Assembly (NCBI GenBank): GCA_037917675.1
Contig: JAVCBW010000046.1
Location: 1 to 37,289 of the forward strand
Reading direction: 5' to 3'
Source: Thermoproteota archaeon
GTDB taxonomy: Archaea > Korarchaeota > Korarchaeia > B14-G2
DNA: 37,289 nt
Shown: positions 9,666 to 18,116 of the stretch, piece by piece
How positions within the stretch are numbered: the stretch's first letter is position 1
Layout: every line of letters begins with the position of its first letter
The notes under the pieces: model-generated
What the model saw: the letters and a program-made list of their open reading frames with translations, nothing else
The model's database searches: none
Told to the model about the DNA's origin: nothing
Made by a program: the position numbers and the translations under genes

Positions 9666-11273
9666 GTGGCTTCCTTGAAGGTGTCTGAGAGGTTTTTCCT
9701 GGGTGCTATGGGGGAGCTTTCAGAGCTTGCTGGGGAGCTTGCTAGGAGGGTTGTCTTAGCCCATGGGAGGGCTAGGAGGACGCTGAACCTTGTGGATGAG
9801 GGCTATGCTCAGATTGAGGCTGATAGGCAGACTAGGGATGAGTGTGCTTGGGTTCTAGAGGAGCTTGAAGACCTGCTGAGGAGTGGTAGAGGAGAGGAAG
9901 GTGCTGTCCCTGTGTTTGCACCTGGGTACTTTGCTCACATGCAAGCTGACTGCCTTTGGGTAGCTGCTTTAGCTAAGCTTGCAGCTGACTTTTGGAACCA
10001 GAATAACGTGAGCTATGAGTCTAGCCCGACAACTACGATGTTGGAGTGTGAGGCTGTAGCTACGCTAGCTAAGGCTCTTGTCGGCTGGAGTCTAGAGCAG
10101 TGTGCTGGACACCTGGTGAGCTGTGGGTCTATCGCAAACCTTGAGGCTCTGTGGCTTGCTAGGGAGAAGGCTGCTGCAGCTATGCTGGTAGGGGAGGGAG
10201 GGCAGGCTTTTAAGGATCTCTGGAGCCTTACTAGCAAGCAGGTGCTTGAGCCTGGTAGCTGGAGCTGTCTGACAGGAGGGCTGGTGCTAGCTTCTGAGGA
10301 TGCTCACTACTCTATTGAGAAGGCTGCTCGGATCCTTGGCCTCAGACTTCAGAGGGTTGAGGTAGATGAGCATAGGAGGATGAGCATTCAGAAGCTTGAG
10401 GAGGCCTTGAAGTCTGCTCTTGAAGCTGGAGAGAAACCTGTGTGTGTTGTGGCTACTCTAGGCACTACAGGGTTCTGCAGCTTCGACCCTCTACATGAGG
10501 TTGTTGAGCTGCGGAGCCACCTTCACCAGGAGGCTGGCTGCTGGTTTCACATACATGCTGATGCAGCTTGGGGTGGGCCTCTAGCTCTACTAGCTGGCAG
10601 CGGAGTGCTGGAAGCTGACGTGGAGGCTTCTCTTAAGGCTATGGCTCAAGCTGACAGCATAACCATAGATCCACATAAGCTCCTCTATATACCATATCCT
10701 GCTGCAGCAGTCTTGTACAGAGACAAGAGAGACCTTACATTGATCTCCACACATGCACCATACTTGTTCCATGGTGAGCTGCAACATAAGTCTCTTGGCA
10801 CATCTACCATAGAGGGCTCTAGACCTGGGTCTACTGCTGCAGCAGTCTGGGCTGCTCTTAGGCTGATGACCTCTAGCAGAGAGCCTCTCAGCAAGCTACC
10901 TAGAGAGCTGCTCCTCGACAGATATAAGCCTCTATTAGCTAAGGGGCTTAGAGACGCTAGGCTGCTCTACCAGATGCTGAGGGCGCTGAGCAGGCATTAT
11001 CCAGTGAAGCTCATCCCAGAAAAGCCTCCACAGGGGAACATAGTGTCGTTTCAGCTTGCACCTAAGCAGAGTGATGTAGCTGAGCTGAACCTGACGCTCT
11101 ACAAGCTGATCAACAGAAGCCTAGCTCAGCCAGGCAGCATGTTCCTAGTATCATTTAATGAGAAGCATGCTGCTATAAGAGTTGTCTTAGCTAACCCCTA
11201 TACCACCAAGGAAACCTTAAGGCTCTTCATTAAGATGCTAGAGGAGAGGATACGAGAGCTGCTAGTAGGCTAA
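9666..11273 (+). CDS. Group II PLP-dependent amino acid decarboxylase (tyrosine/aspartate/glutamate decarboxylase superfamily)
   Basis: YFAHM, NQNNVSYESSPTTTMLE, GSIANLEALW, HYSIEKA, GTT, HIHADAAWGG, DSITIDPHK(PLP Lys), TIEGSRPG. Confidence 0.9.
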   Translation: MASLKVSERFFLGAMGELSELAGELARRVVLAHGRARRTLNLVDEGYAQIEADRQTRDECAWVLEELEDLLRSGRGEEGAVPVFAPGYFAHMQADCLWVAALAKLAADFWNQNNVSYESSPTTTMLECEAVATLAKALVGWSLEQCAGHLVSCGSIANLEALWLAREKAAAAMLVGEGGQAFKDLWSLTSKQVLEPGSWSCLTGGLVLASEDAHYSIEKAARILGLRLQRVEVDEHRRMSIQKLEEALKSALEAGEKPVCVVATLGTTGFCSFDPLHEVVELRSHLHQEAGCWFHIHADAAWGGPLALLAGSGVLEADVEASLKAMAQADSITIDPHKLLYIPYPAAAVLYRDKRDLTLISTHAPYLFHGELQHKSLGTSTIEGSRPGSTAAAVWAALRLMTSSREPLSKLPRELLLDRYKPLLAKGLRDARLLYQMLRALSRHYPVKLIPEKPPQGNIVSFQLAPKQSDVAELNLTLYKLINRSLAQPGSMFLVSFNEKHAAIRVVLANPYTTKETLRLFIKMLEERIRELLVG

Positions 11274-11338
11274 GTCTGCAGCATAAGCTCTAAGAGAGGC
11301 ATGCTTAAGCTTAAGTAGCCTCCCAGCTTAGGCTTGCT

Positions 11339-11722
11339 ATGAGCAGGAGAGTTGTCTTCTCAAGTAAGGCTCCCAGGCCTGTTGGCCCCTATTCTCAGGC
11401 TATAGTCTCAGGTGGCTTCGTGTTTGTTTCAGGGCAGATCCCAGTCGACCCGAGCACAGGGGAGCTTGTAGATGACATCAAGGAGGCTACTGAGCTGGTA
11501 TTGGAGAATATCAAGGTGATCCTAGAGGAGGCAGGGTCGTCTATGGATAGAGTTGTGAAGGTCACTGTGTATCTAAGCGACCTCTCTGAGTTCAGCGTAT
11601 TCAATGAAGTCTACTCAAGATACTTCCCTGAGGATCCTCCAGCTAGATCTACTCTACAAGCTAAGTTGCCGAAGGAAGCTAAGCTGATGGTGGATGTGAT
11701 AGCTCTCGTAGACAGCATCTAG
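11339..11722 (+). CDS. ridA: RidA family reactive enamine/imine deaminase
   Basis: APRPVGPYSQAI, SGQIP, VVKVTVYL, FNEVYSRYF, PPARS, LPK. Confidence 0.92.
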   Translation: MSRRVVFSSKAPRPVGPYSQAIVSGGFVFVSGQIPVDPSTGELVDDIKEATELVLENIKVILEEAGSSMDRVVKVTVYLSDLSEFSVFNEVYSRYFPEDPPARSTLQAKLPKEAKLMVDVIALVDSI

Positions 11723-12177
11723 CTGCTAGCATCCATGTGCTATCCTGCCATATGGGAGCTTAGCTATAGCCTTGAAGAGGCATGCTCCCACAGCCTCCTT
11801 TACCGGAACCTCTCTAAGTAGCCTCTCTGCTATCTCCTTCAGCTGGAGGCATCCAGAGTAGCTGCTCGACAGCATGTTAAGTTCTCAATGTGGTAGAGCT
11901 AGCATCCATAGCTCTCAGGTAGCCCTCTGAGAAGCTGTCAGCAGCTCGGGGCCTTAGCCTCAGCTCTCCCATCCACATGCTAGATGCCAAGCTAAGCGGC
12001 CTCTGGACGCTTATCTGCTGCAGTAGGATGTTGAGGTGAGGTTCACAGAAGGTGGGGTGCTGTCGAAGCTAGGCGTCTCTAGAGGAGCTGAAAGGTCTCC
12101 TGGCGACAGAGGCTCTAGGCTGAGTAGGTGCTATTGGCTGAGGTTAGAGGCCTGTCTCCAGCTATGTGGCAGCCATG

Positions 12178-12202
12178 CTGAGGATGCTAGCTGCGTCCTC
12201 AG
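12178..12202. terminator. GC-rich hairpin 25 nt downstream of the amidohydrolase stop; possible terminator or processing site
   Basis: CTGAGGATGC-TAGCT-GCGTCCTCAG forms a 10-bp stem with one G-U/mismatch and a 5-nt loop. No clear U-tract. Confidence 0.25.
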
Positions 12203-12226
12203 GCTCTAAGCTCGAGTACTGTAGCT

Positions 12227-13861
12227 TCAGGCTCTACTTTGAGCTCCGAGCTGTAGGTACCTTACTCTACCTCCTATCACTGTCATGAGCACTCTTATTT
12301 GCCTGAGGTGATCTATGCTTGCTTCAAGAGGGTTCTCTGAGAGGGCTACGAGGTCAGCATACCTCCCCTCCTCTATGCTGCCCATGAGCTCCTCCTCATG
12401 GATCGCATAGGCGGCACTAGCTGTAAGCAGCTCTACTGCATGCCTTACTGAGATCCTCTGGCTCAGGTACCAGCTCCACTCCCCCTTCTCCTCAGGTGGG
12501 AGAGGCCTTGCTGCAGCATTGTATACTCCAGTCAGTGGGCTTGCATCCTCTATCGGGTAGTCTGAGCCTCCACAGCACCTTACTCCAGATTCAAGTAGGA
12601 GCCTCCATGGGTAGGCTTGCTCTAGCTGCCTTCTGTTAAGCCTGCAGGCAGCCATCTCCCTATCTGATGTAGCGAAGCTGAGCTGTATTGAGGCTATGAC
12701 ACCGAGCTCACGCATCCTAGCTATGAGCTCTCTGCTTAGCAGCTGGCAGTGCTCGATCCTATGCCTGAGCTTGCTGCACTCCTCCCCAGCTACATCCTCT
12801 AGTGCATCTAGAGCTTCCTTGACAGCTCTGTCTCCTATAGCATGAATGCATACTTGAAGCCCAGCTCTATGAGCCTTTGACACCAGCTCTCTGAGCTCGC
12901 TTGGAGTATGGAGGAGCTCCCCCCTGTACTCAGGCTTGTCTCTATACTCCTCCTCTAGGGCTGCTGTCCTAGCTCCTAGCGACCCATCGAGGAACAGCTT
13001 GATGCCCTGGATTCTAAGCCAGCTGTCCTCTATCAGCATATCCTTGACAGCTGCCAGGTGGTCTAGGAGCCTCACAGCCCTTATCGGCTCTGTAGGCCTC
13101 CTCCTATCTGTGCTTGCTGCCAGTGCTCTGAGCAGGACTCTGACTCTGACTGGTAGCTTACCGGCCTTGTGCAGCAGCCTATATGCCTGAAGCTCCTCTA
13201 TGCCTGCTGCAGCATCAACTATGGTTGTCAGGCCAAGTGAGGGCAGCTTGCTTAGTGTAGCCTGTAGCCTTCTAGCCCTAGCTTCACCTGGAGCCTGCTT
13301 CAGCATGTACCTGAGCGCGTACTCTGCTGCTAGCTCCTTAAGCATACCACTATCATAGTCTATTATCACACCACTCTCCTCGTCTACTGGAGTCCTCCTG
13401 TCTATCTTGAGGAGCTCTAGAGCCTTAGAGCTGGCTACAACAGAGTGCAGGCATACTCTAGCTAGCAGTACAGGCTTACCCTCAGCTACCTCATCCAGCT
13501 CGCTTCTAGAGGGCTCGCCTCCAATGGCTTCTTCACTCCAGCCGAAGCCTAGCACCCACTCACTTCCCTCCTTCTCTCTAGCTACTCTCCTGACCATGCT
13601 ATAGACTTCATCTAGGCTCCTAGCTGGAGTCAAGTCTATGTCGATCATGGCTTCAGTCAGCGGATGCATGTGGCAGTCGATGAAGCCGGGGAGCAAGGTA
13701 GCTCCATTCAAGTCTACTAGGTGGGTTCCTAGGCCAGCAAGCTTGAGCACCTCACCTGTAGGCCCCACAGCAGCAATCCTATCCCCCTTGACAGCTAAGG
13801 ATTCAGCTTCCATACCTGATGCGAGTACTCTTCCATTGTAGAGGATGAGGTCAGCTTGCAT
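12227..13861 (-). CDS. Amidohydrolase family 3 (YtcJ/NfdA-like metal-dependent hydrolase)
   Basis: PGFIDCHMH, KLFLDGSLGARTA, HAIGDRA, RHRIEHCQ, GGSDYP, GSIEEGRYADLV. Confidence 0.92.
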   Translation of the reverse strand: MQADLILYNGRVLASGMEAESLAVKGDRIAAVGPTGEVLKLAGLGTHLVDLNGATLLPGFIDCHMHPLTEAMIDIDLTPARSLDEVYSMVRRVAREKEGSEWVLGFGWSEEAIGGEPSRSELDEVAEGKPVLLARVCLHSVVASSKALELLKIDRRTPVDEESGVIIDYDSGMLKELAAEYALRYMLKQAPGEARARRLQATLSKLPSLGLTTIVDAAAGIEELQAYRLLHKAGKLPVRVRVLLRALAASTDRRRPTEPIRAVRLLDHLAAVKDMLIEDSWLRIQGIKLFLDGSLGARTAALEEEYRDKPEYRGELLHTPSELRELVSKAHRAGLQVCIHAIGDRAVKEALDALEDVAGEECSKLRHRIEHCQLLSRELIARMRELGVIASIQLSFATSDREMAACRLNRRQLEQAYPWRLLLESGVRCCGGSDYPIEDASPLTGVYNAAARPLPPEEKGEWSWYLSQRISVRHAVELLTASAAYAIHEEELMGSIEEGRYADLVALSENPLEASIDHLRQIRVLMTVIGGRVRYLQLGAQSRA

Positions 13862-13886
13862 GCTTCCACTCGATTAGGATCCCATG

Positions 13887-13920
13887 GAAACCTTTAATAT
13901 ATCTCTGTGTCTGCAGGTGG
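13887..13920. promoter_or_regulatory. Probable bidirectional TATA element between the amidohydrolase and carbamate kinase, plus SD
   Basis: GGAAAC-CTTTAATATAT (TATA 13893-13902) is the only AT-rich element in the 61-bp divergent gap. SD AGGTGG at 13915-13920. Confidence 0.5.
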
Positions 13921-13922
13921 CT

Positions 13923-14855
13923 ATGGAGTTAGCTGTAGTCTGCTTGGGCGGTAATGCACTAATGCCTCCTGTCTCCAGGTTCTCGATAGAGGAGCAGGAT
14001 AGGACGATAGCTGAGACCTGTAGGCTGCTTGTAAAGCTCATTGACAGGGGATTTAGGCTCGTGATAGTCCATGGGAATGGCCCTCAGGTTGGGGCTAGAG
14101 TCGAGCAGTGCCTAGCTGCTAGAGAGCTCATGAAGCCCTTCCCTCTAGATGTGCTCGATGCTGAGACTCAGGGGCAGATTGGATACATGATTCAAAAGCA
14201 CATGACATCACTACTAGCTAGCCGAAGCAGCTTTCGAGGCTGTGTGACTGTCATCACTCAGGTGGTTGTGGACCCATGTGATGAGGCCTTCAAGAAGCCT
14301 ACTAAGCCTGTTGGGAGAGCTCTCTCAAGGGAGGAGGCAGAGCAGCTTGCTAGAGAAGGCTGGAGCCTAGTTGAAGAGGTTGGGAGAGGATACCGTAGGG
14401 TAGTTCCATCTCCTAGGCCAGTGAGGGTTGTTGAGACAGGTGCTATAAGAACCCTGGTTGAAGCAGGCTTCATAGTCATAGCTGGAGGTGGAGGAGGCAT
14501 CCCAGTAGTGGAGGCTGATGGCAGGCTAGCTGGAGCTGAGGCTGTCATAGACAAGGATAGAACTGCCGCCAGGATCGCCATAGAGCTAGACGCAGACCTC
14601 CTCCTAATCCTCACCGACGTCGATGCAGTATACGTGAACTTCAGGAAGCCAGGTGAGAGAGCTATAAGGAGGATGACCACGAAGGAAGCTAGAGAGCTCC
14701 TAGCCAGGGGGGAGTTCCCACCTGGCAGCATGGGGCCGAAGGTTGAGGCCTGCATAGAGTTCGCTGAGGCAACTGGGAGGCCAGCTGCCATAGGACACCT
14801 GAGCAAGCCTGTTGAGACAGCTGAAGGCAAAGCTGGCACCATGATAGTCCCCTAG
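13923..14855 (+). CDS. arcC: Carbamate kinase
   Basis: LGGNAL, HGNGPQVG, ETQGQIGY, PTKPVG, GYRRVVPSP, GGGGIPV, EAVIDKD, GSMGPKVEA. ATG 13923 follows the SD (the listed ORF starts at 13884). Confidence 0.95.
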   Translation: MELAVVCLGGNALMPPVSRFSIEEQDRTIAETCRLLVKLIDRGFRLVIVHGNGPQVGARVEQCLAARELMKPFPLDVLDAETQGQIGYMIQKHMTSLLASRSSFRGCVTVITQVVVDPCDEAFKKPTKPVGRALSREEAEQLAREGWSLVEEVGRGYRRVVPSPRPVRVVETGAIRTLVEAGFIVIAGGGGGIPVVEADGRLAGAEAVIDKDRTAARIAIELDADLLLILTDVDAVYVNFRKPGERAIRRMTTKEARELLARGEFPPGSMGPKVEACIEFAEATGRPAAIGHLSKPVETAEGKAGTMIVP

Positions 14856-14937
14856 CCACGTGCGTCTACACAGCTCTTCAATACATGCTACACACCCTAT
14901 AGCTGGTAGCCTTAAGAAAGAGTGTGCTCAGGAGGGT

Positions 14938-15073
14938 TTGAAGATGGAGAGCATAGAGATGCTTCAAGGATCCCAGGCCTGTCCAGGTCTACTCTAGCTA
15001 GGCACCTAGCTCAGCTAGCGAGAGAGCTAGGTGTGCCAGACTACGAGGTGAGCACGGAGCTGAGTAGCTCCTG
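14938..15073 (+). pseudogene. Possible remnant of a small HTH regulator
   Basis: SD AGGAGG and TTG at 14938. A shifted frame reads GLSRSTLARHLAQLARELG, similar to an ArsR/IclR-type recognition helix. Confidence 0.3.
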
Positions 15074-15143
15074 AAGCAAGGCAAGCTTCCTAGGGGAGGC
15101 AGATAGTGAAGCCAGCTTTTAAACCTCAAGGTAGCAGTCTTAT

Positions 15144-15743
15144 ATGCATAAGCTCACTAGGAGCTTCTACTGCCAGGAGCCAGTTAAGCTGGCTAAAGCT
15201 CTGCTAGGCAAGCTGATGGTCCATGAGTCACCTGAAGGCCTCACCTCAGGGGTTGTAGTCGAGACTGAAGCCTACCTAGGGAGGGCAGACAAGGCTTCAC
15301 ACGGGTACATGGGGAAGCGAACTAAGAGGAATGAGGTACTATACCTGAACTGTGGGCTAGCATATGTCTATGTAGCTCATGGGCACGCACTCTTCAATGT
15401 GACTGCAGCTCCACCAGGTGAGCCTACTGCAGTCCTGATCAGGGCACTAGAGCCGAGAGACGGCATAGAGCTCATGGCTGAGAGGAGAGGGTTAAAGCTA
15501 GAAGGTGAGGGAGCTCTGAGGCTGCTCTGCTCAGGTCCAGGTAGGCTGACTAAGGCAATGGGAATAACAGGAGAGCACAATGGCCTAGATCTAGCAGAAG
15601 GCCCAGTGTACTTCACTGACATAGGTCTAGTCCCAAGGAGGATAGCTAGTGCACCTAGGATCGGGGTGGATTATGCTGGAGAAGATGCTCTCAAGCCTCT
15701 ACGCTTCTACATGAGAGATAGCCCCTATGTATCCAGGAAGTAG
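15144..15743 (+). CDS. mpg: DNA-3-methyladenine glycosylase (MPG/AAG family)
   Basis: LAKALLGK, VETEAYLG..DKASH, AYVY, AVLIRALEP, SGPGRLTKAMGI, PRIGV, LRFY..SPYVS. TATA TTTTAAA at 15117-15123. Confidence 0.93.
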   Translation: MHKLTRSFYCQEPVKLAKALLGKLMVHESPEGLTSGVVVETEAYLGRADKASHGYMGKRTKRNEVLYLNCGLAYVYVAHGHALFNVTAAPPGEPTAVLIRALEPRDGIELMAERRGLKLEGEGALRLLCSGPGRLTKAMGITGEHNGLDLAEGPVYFTDIGLVPRRIASAPRIGVDYAGEDALKPLRFYMRDSPYVSRK

Positions 15744-16910
15744 CCTGCTACACCTCCATCCTACAGGTAGCTCTGGAGCAGCTAGTATGCTCACCCTCTT
15801 CCCAGAGAGCCTCACGACAACATACCTCCCTCTCAGAGCCCATACTCCTACATCGACGAGTCTCCCACCAGCCCTAGAGCACAGGTCGTTGAATGCAGCA
15901 TAGAATTCAGCTGCGTCAGCTGGAGTATCCCACTCGATATCCCAGCTGACCGCGTAGCCATCCCTAGCAGAGTACAGGACAAGTAGATCTCCTCCCCAGC
16001 CTTCAGCAGCAGCCTTAGCCTCCTCTTCTGGAAGCCACCTCAACAGGAGTACTAGAATGAAGTACTCACCCATCCTATCCCTCTTGACCACAGGCCACCC
16101 TAGGCTCCAAGTGCTCTCAGAGATCACAGCAGGCTCCTCTCCACTCAGATACTTCCCCGGATGCATCACCTGCTCAGCTGACCTAGGTAGCCTCCTGTAA
16201 GCTTCGTTGACAAGGCTCCAGCCGCCAGCCTTATAGAGCTCAGCCACGAAGGCCTCGCCAAACCTGTAGGGGAACATGTAGAGCTCTATGACAGCGTCCT
16301 CATCGCCCTCGACATCAGGCCAGCTGGCCTTCACCTCAGCTGCGACAGCTTCAGCCAGCTCTCCTCTCCTAGCACACAGCCTAGCAGTAAACCCTGCGTC
16401 TCCCTCAACCAAAGCCGAGAAAGCACACTTTTCATCATAGCTCTCAGCCTCAGGCACCTTAAAGACTTCTCCTTGAACAACATGCATCAGCTCATGCACG
16501 ATGACTTCAAAGGCCTCACTTGACCTAGGGTCAAAGTACTCTTTCACGACATAGAGATCTCCTCCAAGAGAAGCTGCAACAAACATCCTAGCCCACCTCA
16601 GCTTCACCTCAGTTATATTGAATTCATCACCTACTAGGAGAAGCAGCTTATAGACAGCTTCCTCAGCTCCAGCCTCGCTGCCAGAAGCTGAAGGCTTCCC
16701 CCAAGTTTCAACAACCCACTTTCTAGTCACCACATGCACATCGACTCCACCTGGAACAGTAAGCCTCCTAACAGAGCATATAGCGTCACTAGCTTCATCT
16801 ACGAGCTCTAAGACACGCTTCTCATATCCACCTGGCCTCTGAATGGCTGTTGAAAGCAGTATTCCAGCTGCTACACCAGCCAGCACAGCTAGCAGGAGCC
16901 TAGGCCTCAC
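15699..16910 (-). CDS. Secreted/anchored zincin-like surface protein (Hvo_1808-like)
   Basis: Signal peptide MRPRLLLAVLAG, HELMH (HExxH), ALVEGDA, FPYRFG, P.SAEQVMHP.KY, AAEGWGGD, WDTPADAAEF. Confidence 0.75.
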   Translation of the reverse strand: MRPRLLLAVLAGVAAGILLSTAIQRPGGYEKRVLELVDEASDAICSVRRLTVPGGVDVHVVTRKWVVETWGKPSASGSEAGAEEAVYKLLLLVGDEFNITEVKLRWARMFVAASLGGDLYVVKEYFDPRSSEAFEVIVHELMHVVQGEVFKVPEAESYDEKCAFSALVEGDAGFTARLCARRGELAEAVAAEVKASWPDVEGDEDAVIELYMFPYRFGEAFVAELYKAGGWSLVNEAYRRLPRSAEQVMHPGKYLSGEEPAVISESTWSLGWPVVKRDRMGEYFILVLLLRWLPEEEAKAAAEGWGGDLLVLYSARDGYAVSWDIEWDTPADAAEFYAAFNDLCSRAGGRLVDVGVWALRGRYVVVRLSGKRVSILAAPELPVGWRCSRLLPGYIGAISHVEA

Positions 16911-17045
16911 ACCTCACCCTTCCACAAGAGCCTCTTATATTACCTACACATGTCAGCCTTGTAGGAGCGCACGCACTAGGATAGCTTTTTATATGCATGG
17001 ACTATGTGTCCTCAACTGTTATAAATTCGAGCTGCTCAGCTGCTT

Positions 17046-17690
17046 ATGCAGCTAGCTCCACTAGCTGCATCCCTGGTGCTCCTACTCTCTATCACTGCCG
17101 CTGGCTACCCAGACACGGCAGCCTCTCATCCCGATTAAGGTCAGGAACGAGCTTCCATATGATAGGCTTAGTGAGCCTGTTTCAGCTGGCATACCACTGC
17201 CACCTGGAGCCTTAGAGGATGCCAGTAAGGCTAGGCTGCTGGACTCTAGCATGAGAGAGGTTCCAGCCCAGTTTAAGGCTCTAGCAACATGGAGTGATGG
17301 AAGTGTAAGGTGGCTTCTAGTATGCTTCCACTGTAGTATAGAAGCCTAATAGTGAGTCAACTTACTTCCTCCAGCTTGGAGTACATTCATCACATCAGCC
17401 TTCACCTCTGAAGGTAGAGTACAATGGCAGTGTCATCAGGATATCGACAGGCGTCTTGGAGCTCAGTATAGGCTCAGCTCCGCTTGTCAAGGAGGTTAAG
17501 CTAGACCTAGATGGAGACCTAAGCCCTGAGGCTGTAGTCTGTAGTTCAGGAGACATCATAGCAACAGACACATCAGGAGGAGAGCACCTAGCTGGACTCA
17601 GTGTCAGATCTATCGAGGTCGAGGAGGAGGCCTCTGAGGGCTGTAGTCAAGATAGCAGGGACACATAAGAGCTCCAGCAGGCTTCTGCTT
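17046..17690 (+). pseudogene. Truncated, frameshifted secreted protein with a YetA/PcRGLX-like (PL26-associated) N-terminal domain
   Basis: Signal peptide MQLAPLAASLVLLLSITAAG, then after frameshifts EPVSAGIPLPPG...EVPAQFKALATWSDGSVRWLL, ...IRISTGVLEL and IEVEEE/PLRAVVKIAGTH. TATA TTATAAAT at 17019. Confidence 0.65.
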
Positions 17691-17749
17691 GACAGCTGCT
17701 GGATGCTAGCGTGCTGCCTAAGGGATCTTGTAGGCCTGTGCTGTAGCCT

Positions 17750-18115
17750 CTATGAGCCCTGTGGTCTCCTCAGCTTCTCAGCTAGTAGCCTCACTACCTC
17801 AGCTCCTAGTGCCCCACCTAATGCTCCTATTGCAGCAGCTACCATCAGTGAGAGGGTTATCGATGTGAGAGCTGGTGCTCCAAGTATGCTTGAGAAGACT
17901 GCTGATGCTGCTAGCAGAGGCCCCCTGTAGGCTATGCCTATGAAAGCTGTGGCTCTAGCTAGGATCGTAGCTGCTAGCCCTAGTAGAGCTCCTCTCGCCT
18001 TCCCTTCAGCAGCTGCTCCAGCTGCTATAGCTGCTAGAGCTGTGAGCTGCCATGCTCCTAGGAGCTCGAACACCAGGGATGCGAGGTAGCCTACTATAGG
18101 TAGAGCCTTCCTCAT
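17750..18115 (-). CDS. Small multi-pass membrane protein, coupled to the penicillin acylase gene
   Basis: ATG 18115 lies 1 nt after the acylase stop, with SD GGGTGG. 121 aa, Ala/Leu/Gly-rich TM helices. Confidence 0.7.
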   Translation of the reverse strand: MRKALPIVGYLASLVFELLGAWQLTALAAIAAGAAAEGKARGALLGLAATILARATAFIGIAYRGPLLAASAVFSSILGAPALTSITLSLMVAAAIGALGGALGAEVVRLLAEKLRRPQGS

Positions 18116-18116
18116 A

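Noticed and set aside
15003-15033. 10-bp inverted repeat CACCTAGCTC...GAGCTAGGTG
   Set aside because: It is built from the ubiquitous palindromic words CTAG/AGCT, so it is likely to arise by chance.
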